64,000 nt of DNA from Amphiscolops sp. MND2022 (taxonomy: Eukaryota). Location of the stretch: the NCBI GenBank assembly GCA_964187785.1, contig OZ076409.1, forward strand, positions 57,972,001 to 58,036,000. The letters run 5' to 3'. This document shows, piece by piece, positions 59,013 through 64,000 of this stretch (the stretch's first letter is position 1; each line of letters begins with the position of its first letter). The translations under genes and the position numbers were made by a program. The notes under the pieces were generated by a model, which was not told where the DNA came from, did no database searches, and saw only the letters and a list, made by a program, of their open reading frames with translations.

Positions 59013-62000
59013 CACCATGTACATCAGATTTGAACAGAAAAAAAATTAGACTTCGAAAAGTGTCTTTTTTGATAGAAAATAATGTTCAAAAAAATAATAA
59101 TAAAGTAATTCTGGTAGGTGAATAATCTGACTTTGAAGTTAGTCGTTAATCATCATTGAATGCTGTGTCTTGTTTTAAAATCATGTTATCATACAAAAAA
59201 ATTGTATTTTCCTATTGTTACCCTGGGCGGATTATTTGCCAAGAAGTTCTCCATTTAGTGTATTGGTGTGCCCACGTCATTATAAAGTACTGTTCAGTTG
59301 TAGTTATTTAATTGCGAAAAATAAAACTGCTTGTTTCAGTAATTTTTACTATTTCTGATTACGCTGTTTTTTGTGATTGCGCAAATTTTTTCTTTATTTT
59401 TTGTTTCCGCGCAGATATCCACTTTCGAATTTAAATCAATTAAAGTGTAAACCTTTTCTTTCAACTGTAGTGTTTTCAACTGTACTGTTTTTTCGTTAAG
59501 AAACCCAGTTCAAACGTTAGTTGAAGTAACTCAAAAGATCCAATATTCGCGTTCAGCTTGAGTGACAATTTTAGTGTTAGTCAGTCCTGTAAATGGAAGT
59601 TGGTGAAAAACCCTGAAATGTTATCAATTTGCTCACATTTGGTTTGTTATTCAATTAACAAATTAGTCAAAACCACGCTTGACATGTGCTGGAACAGCTT
59701 TCTACTTTTACTTCACAAGTTTTAAAAGAGGTTTTTTCCCTCATCCAAGCGTAGTGTCGGCCTCGCCTCTTTATCTCACATGCTTTAATGTTAAGCAACA
59801 GAAGCTTTAAGTGAGCACAGAATTGTTCGCTAATTTCACTTTTAATTGTAATTTTCAATTTCAACTTGGCTATTTCAAGGATCTGTAAATGCAAACACGT
59901 GTCATTGCACTTCTCTTACCTACATATGACATTTCTCTTCATTTTTTTCAAAATTTGTTTACATTATTCATGTTTCTATAAATTCAGAAAACGTCTTTTT
60001 TTTCAAAAAGAATACATAATTCATTTTCCCCCGTTTCTTAGAGTAAAAAGATAAGAGCAATTAATCACAACCCACCAGTTGTGATAAAAGTAATTAATCA
60101 CAACCCACTATAAAGTCAGATAATTTTAATTGTTCTATTCTATATTTTTATTTTTAGACCTAGATCACAACTAATAAAAAACGAGAACGGTTAAATAGTA
60201 TTCTGTGGAAAGAATTGTAAGAAAACACGCAGTTGAGCGAAAATTTCGTTAAAAATGTTTCTTGTTTACTTTTCATTAACATTTCTGAATTGAATAAGTC
60301 AAATCCTAACAGAATGTGACTTAGCTGGGGAGCCCACTGTAATTTTTAAAATTGTTCTCAAAATAACAGCACCGATGAAAATAATTTCCAGTTTTCAAAA
60401 GTTTCTGAAAGCAGTTTCAACTTTTGCAATGAACTTTTAAAAAATCTTAGTTTATGTAAACAGTATCGAATCGATTTGTGTGAGCCATTTTAAGCTTTGA
60501 TGTCTGAAAAAAATTCAAGTTGACTGGAAAAAACAGAACAGTTGAATTCTTTGCCGAACATTCCGTATTATTTGTGATAGATCTCGAACTCAAGTTTTTA
60601 TAAAATGCAGTAAGCTTAAAAAGTTCAGAAAGAATAAAAGATTTCTTCATTGGTACAAAAAGACTATTGGCTGAATTCCATCAAAGTGATTTGTAGTGAA
60701 AGTGTCGGAAGTTTATATTATAGACTATCATTCATCTCTGAAACAATTCAAGCGGAACGGTAATAGAAGTTTCTGAAAATTTCTAAACTCATTAAAGACT
60801 TTCTATAAATAATTTACGAATCCGGAACTGTAACTAAGAACCGGTTCAATCCTCAACTACAAATTTTTGAATATTGAAGGAAATTTCAAAAGACTAACTC
60901 AAAGGAATTCATCAAACTCGCCGTAAAGCAAGTTCTAAATTCGGATATTTATCGCTGGCCAATTTTAGAAATTCGTTGAAAAATTCTTTCACGATTAGAG
61001 GAAATTGAAGTTGATCAGCTTTTGATCAGTACTTGAGCTTTTCTTCTACCCACAAAAACGCCGCTGCGGAGTTCTGAATCCTTAAGTTTGAGAAAACCAT
61101 TGAACCAAAAAACCAAATACCATGTTTCGGTAGACCTTATGTAACGAAACGACAAACGATGATCGCTTGGTTCGCCAACAATGGGAGGAGCTAGCACAAT
61201 GACCTATTGTTCGGAACTGACGCTTTCGGAGTACCGGACCATTTTACATCCGGTGGGTGCATGTCCCGTGGAAGGGGTTTCGTCTCACAAGGATGCTTTC
61301 TAAGTTAGAAATTCTAACCAGTCTGTAACAGTGGGCATCTCGCTTGACTTCGCAAAGACACATTTTTCATGTTTGAACTATTTTTCAAACAAAAGTTTTT
61401 CAATCACGTTTTTTTCCATTTCCAGCGCGTACAAAAATTCTATCAATCGAGAGTTCTCTGTTTTCAAATTAGGTTTCTGATTGTTTCTAAGACTTTCGTT
61501 TAATGTACGGATTAAACGCCCTACTTTGATGCTCCTCGGTTCTCGTGCACGGGACAGATAAAAACTTCATTGTTGTTGAGTTGTTCAGAACACTTTATCA
61601 ACTATTCGTTTCAGAATTCATTCCTGGTTCCAATGTCATTCCAAGCGGTACCTCATTTTGCACAAAATATTTTGTCAACAATGTCACAATTTTCTAGGTC
61701 ATTAATTTTTTCTCAAATAACAGGAATCTCTTGTTGCTAAATGCTAAGCAATTATCGATTGGGATCAATGAGTAACTTTCCTATAATTCGCGTGCCGGAC
61801 AGAGCTTCAAAATCAATTTCTGGGTTAAGTTAAATGATTGAGAACTTTTTCTGTTTTAAATGTTATGTTTTAACGTGATCGTATGTAATCTCCGCAGCGA
61901 CTAGATGTGGTAAATACATCAAGGTACAAACTGGGCCATCAATTGTCGTCTCTAGGTCTTAAAATGTATCACTCGTGGAATGGCCATTGTGTTTCAAGTT

Positions 62001-62311
62001 AAGATCTCAAGTTTGACCTGCCCAAATCAGCTGAAATTATTGACCATGTAGAGTTAAGGATAAACTACTACACTAAATGTGTTGCAACAATCTTGCCAGT
62101 GTTGGGAATCAGCAAACCGCCTCGAAATTTTACTGAATTGTTCGGAACATAGACGTACCTGAACTTTGTTGAAAAACATCTTTGCACTATGCCAAAGTGA
62201 AATAGTGAAATTTATAGTCGAAACAAAACGTGTTTCACGTGTTAAACGGTTGAATTGAAGAATGTCACTCTTAGAACCAAATCTCTTTCTTAATACTTAG
62301 GCCTTGTAGTA

Positions 62312-63508
62312 GTGGTAAGTTTTACGAGAGAGGAGACTCAGCAAAATCCCAGTGTTCGTGCGCTGCTGGGAGATCTGGAAGAAGACCCTGCAAACAAAAA
62401 AGAAATCAGTGTGATGTTTCTGGCCTTGGGCGACGCAGCACGAAAGCAGTTTATGGACAAGTATCCAACCACGGCTCTGTGGGAGTTAAAGGCACAGCAG
62501 CTAATAGCCCTATGCAACCATTGCTCCAGTAAAAAATCTGCCATTAGACCGTCATCGATTATTTTCAAGGCTCCAACAACATGGCGAATCGCTATTTCAG
62601 TTTTGGCACGCGTTGAACGGACTCCCGGCATTGTGCGACTTCGGGGATATAACAACCAACCTTGTTTTGTACGGACATGTGAGATAAGTCTTGAAGAAAA
62701 ACGAAATCTCGAGGTCGAGCAATTATTCAAAGAATTTCCAAAATTGTTCAAAAGAAAAGCCGCGTGAAAAGTTACAAAAATAAAATTAATATTAAGAGTG
62801 ATGCAAAAAGGCCGCAAAATACCTATTCAATTACAAGAGCAAGTAGATAAAGGAATTGAAAAACTGTTATAGATAGGGCATTTTGAGAAAATTGATAAAA
62901 TTCAAGATGACGTATTTTTTCAGCCGACAGTAAGACCCTTCCAGAAGGATAAGTCTGTGAAAATTGCTACGCTAGGATATTAAACAAATCAATAGCCAAA
63001 GATAAATACCAGATGCCGCAATAGACTATCTAATTAATTGCTGAGAGATTAGATGAGAAAGAAGGCGAGGCCTGGTACTCATCATTAGGCATGACATACG
63101 CTCATGGCGAACTCCTTTACATGATTTAACCAAAAGACATTTTAATATTTTAATTTTCAAAATATTGGGGGAAGTCAACAGGCACGTATCAATTCATAAC
63201 TGGATTTTACGATCTTACTGTAATGCCTACGGAGTTCCAGAAGTTGATGGACCTCCCTTTGGCAAAAACAAATAGTGTATTTGTGTATATAGACGATTTT
63301 TAAATTGCAACAAAAGGAACCAAGTAAGAACATGTAATCAAAATGTACAGTTGAAAGCTGAGAAATGCCAAACAGCGCAAGAGAGCATAGAATGACTGAG
63401 GTATAAATTGACCAGAACGGGCATCTCTCCGACTATTGCTAAAACACAGGGCATAAGCGATAAGTTGCGACCGACCATTTTGAAGCAATTACGCTCATTT
63501 CTAGGAGC
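62312..63508 (+). mobile_element. Decayed Ty3/gypsy element F (gag and RT remnants)
   Basis: FLALGDAARKQF gag-like segment; VFVYIDD at about 63276-63297; LRSFLGA at about 63490-63508. Confidence 0.8.
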
Positions 63509-64000
63509 AGTAGTATGGGAAATCCCGAGACGGGCCACAAAAACCCCAAAAATTGAAAGTCCTCAAAACCATTGATTTTAAGTACTTTTAGAAAACATAT
63601 CATTAAAATCAGTGGTTTTTTTATTCGGGCCACCGCGAAGCCCTGCAAAACCCCAAAAATTAAAAGTCCGCGAAGCTACGCCAAAACCATTGATTTTAAG
63701 CAGTTTACGCCAGTTATCACAAAACAATGGTTTTTTTACCAATGCAATGTAGAAGCATTGCAATGTCGGCTTCGCAATGTAAAAGCAATGAGTATTCACA
63801 CATAACAATGAAAAATAACTAAAAAATGAACTATTTATCATTCAAAGAATTTGTTGAAAAATACGGACTAAAAAACGAAGCAACTTCTAATGTGAAAATA
63901 AAAGAAATTCTTGATAGGCTTGGTGCCTCCAACGAATTAAATATTCCGTGTGGAATATACATGAGAGATGATAAGTTTAACACTACCAGTGGTATAGTTA
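63509..64000 (+). mobile_element. Probable left end of a Polinton/Maverick-like element
   Basis: Abrupt AGTAGT start interrupting gypsy pol, internal subterminal repeats, followed by a protease-like ORF. Confidence 0.6.
63826..64000 (+). CDS. N-terminus of a putative adenain-like (Polinton PRO) cysteine protease, truncated by the window end
   Basis: MNYLSFKEFVEKYGLKNEATSNVKIKEILD...IPCGIYMRDDKFNTTSGIV resembles the SN...G(V/I)(F/Y)MRD...GIVN pattern; catalytic residues not in the window. Confidence 0.55.
   Translation, partial: MNYLSFKEFVEKYGLKNEATSNVKIKEILDRLGASNELNIPCGIYMRDDKFNTTSGIV

Overview
Eukaryotic, repeat-dominated window (probably an invertebrate animal; no host gene could be called with confidence) made almost entirely of nested transposable elements. 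The main content is three related, unusually large Ty3/gypsy LTR retrotransposons. A is on the - strand and cut by the window start. B is on the + strand (4841-21818, 16,978 bp, 1,829-bp LTRs, TAGGT target-site duplication) and is inserted in A's LTR. C is on the - strand (32465-47997, 15,533 bp, apparently identical 1,894-bp LTRs, TCATC duplication, intact gag and pol). They share an unusual design: (1) gag starts 118-186 codons inside the LTR and reads through the LTR end and primer-binding site, which encode a conserved MVTG; (2) a -1 slippery heptamer joins gag to pol; (3) B and C each carry a spliced antisense gene between pol and the 3' LTR, encoding a zinc-finger protein (about 1,094 aa in C) that looks like a catalytically dead hAT transposase; (4) a further sense ORF runs through a non-canonical polypurine tract into the 3' LTR; (5) each element carries its own fixed-spacing two-part DNA motif. 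Together these suggest a retrotransposon-encoded DNA-binding factor with cognate binding sites (inference). The rest is decayed gypsy elements, a deleted hAT inside a CCC-terminated non-autonomous element, Helentron/DINE-like repeats, a tRNA-derived sequence and the probable left end of a Polinton/Maverick at the window end. All alignments and splice models were made by eye.
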